Shown here: positions 63,685 to 64,000 of the stretch, in pieces
Numbering within the stretch: the first letter of the stretch is position 1
Layout of the letters: each line of letters opens with the position of its first letter
Assembly: GCA_017478725.1 (NCBI GenBank)
Contig: JAFVDD010000006.1
Span: forward strand, 1,169-65,168
DNA length: 64,000 bases
Direction: 5' to 3'
Source of the DNA: Paludibacteraceae bacterium
Lineage (GTDB): Bacteria > Bacteroidota > Bacteroidia > Bacteroidales > Paludibacteraceae
The notes under the pieces: generated by a model
Databases searched by the model: none
What the model was told of the DNA's origin: nothing
What the model saw: only the letters and a program-made list of their open reading frames with translations
Made by a program: the position numbers and the translations under genes

Positions 63685-64000
63685 TTGTTGATTAGTATCT
63701 CCTTCGGTGGAATGACTATACCTACGCGGTCGCCGTCGTCCCATACATCGTTGGTGTTGACATACAGGTCGTGGCCTTCGTCCGTACGGATGGTCAGTTG
63801 GTAGTGATTGCCCTTGTATAGGATGAAATGTACCTCGCCGGACAGTTTGCCTTCTTCCTCGTAGTCCTGCAGGTCAATCGAGCGGAAGGGAACACGCACT
63901 TGCACTTTCTCGCCTGCCTCCATACCTTCTGTCTGTTTCGGCATCACTTCCCATTCGGCATCTATAAACCGCACTTTGCCGTTTTTGAGCACTTCTCCCT
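63672..64000 (-). CDS. potA: spermidine/putrescine ABC transporter ATPase PotA, C-terminal (TOBE-like) part; gene continues past the window end
   Basis: The reading frame stays open to position 64000, and the track's M is an internal GTG. The beta-rich regulatory domain sits upstream of potB, potC and potD in the canonical order. Confidence 0.7.
   Translation of the reverse strand, partial: GEVLKNGKVRFIDAEWEVMPKQTEGMEAGEKVQVRVPFRSIDLQDYEEEGKLSGEVHFILYKGNHYQLTIRTDEGHDLYVNTNDVWDDGDRVGIVIPPKEILINKLAD

Overview
This window looks like a chromosomal segment of a Bacteroidota (Bacteroidales-like) genome. The supporting evidence is repeated TAnnTTTG -7 promoter boxes, a fused SecDF, PorW/SprE-like and PorX-like genes, many lipoproteins, and no Shine-Dalgarno sequences. 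I call 41 protein genes and 2 tRNAs (Met-CAT, Pro-GGG). Most genes are housekeeping: glgB, nagB, cysS, greA, miaB, tsaB, cobB, proS, clpX, clpP, secDF, obg, adk, hup, rluD, gpmI, smpB and potABCD. Three things stand out. (1) A 10.2-kb gene encodes a 3397-aa secreted multidomain surface protein with Listeria-Bacteroides repeats, CBM-like modules and a beta-helix. It is tightly followed by a 200-aa protein with a sorting-signal-like C-terminus and by a GH105 lipoprotein, and no SusC/SusD pair is present. (2) The operon potA-potB-potC-potD-TPR protein-porin-like OMP appears translationally coupled, and its PotC carries a 186-aa N-terminal extracytoplasmic extension. (3) Short-period degenerate tandem arrays (units of 7, 8, 11 or 14 nt) occur at almost every gene junction. 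Period-8 CTAG arrays place TAG in all six frames and supply the stop codons of three genes. Other arrays are translated as signal peptides, or sit in frame as exactly three copies inside conserved housekeeping genes. I found no CRISPR array, transposase, integrase or recognisable defence genes. All calls rest on reading the sequence and ORF translations and on remembered family motifs; no database search was possible.
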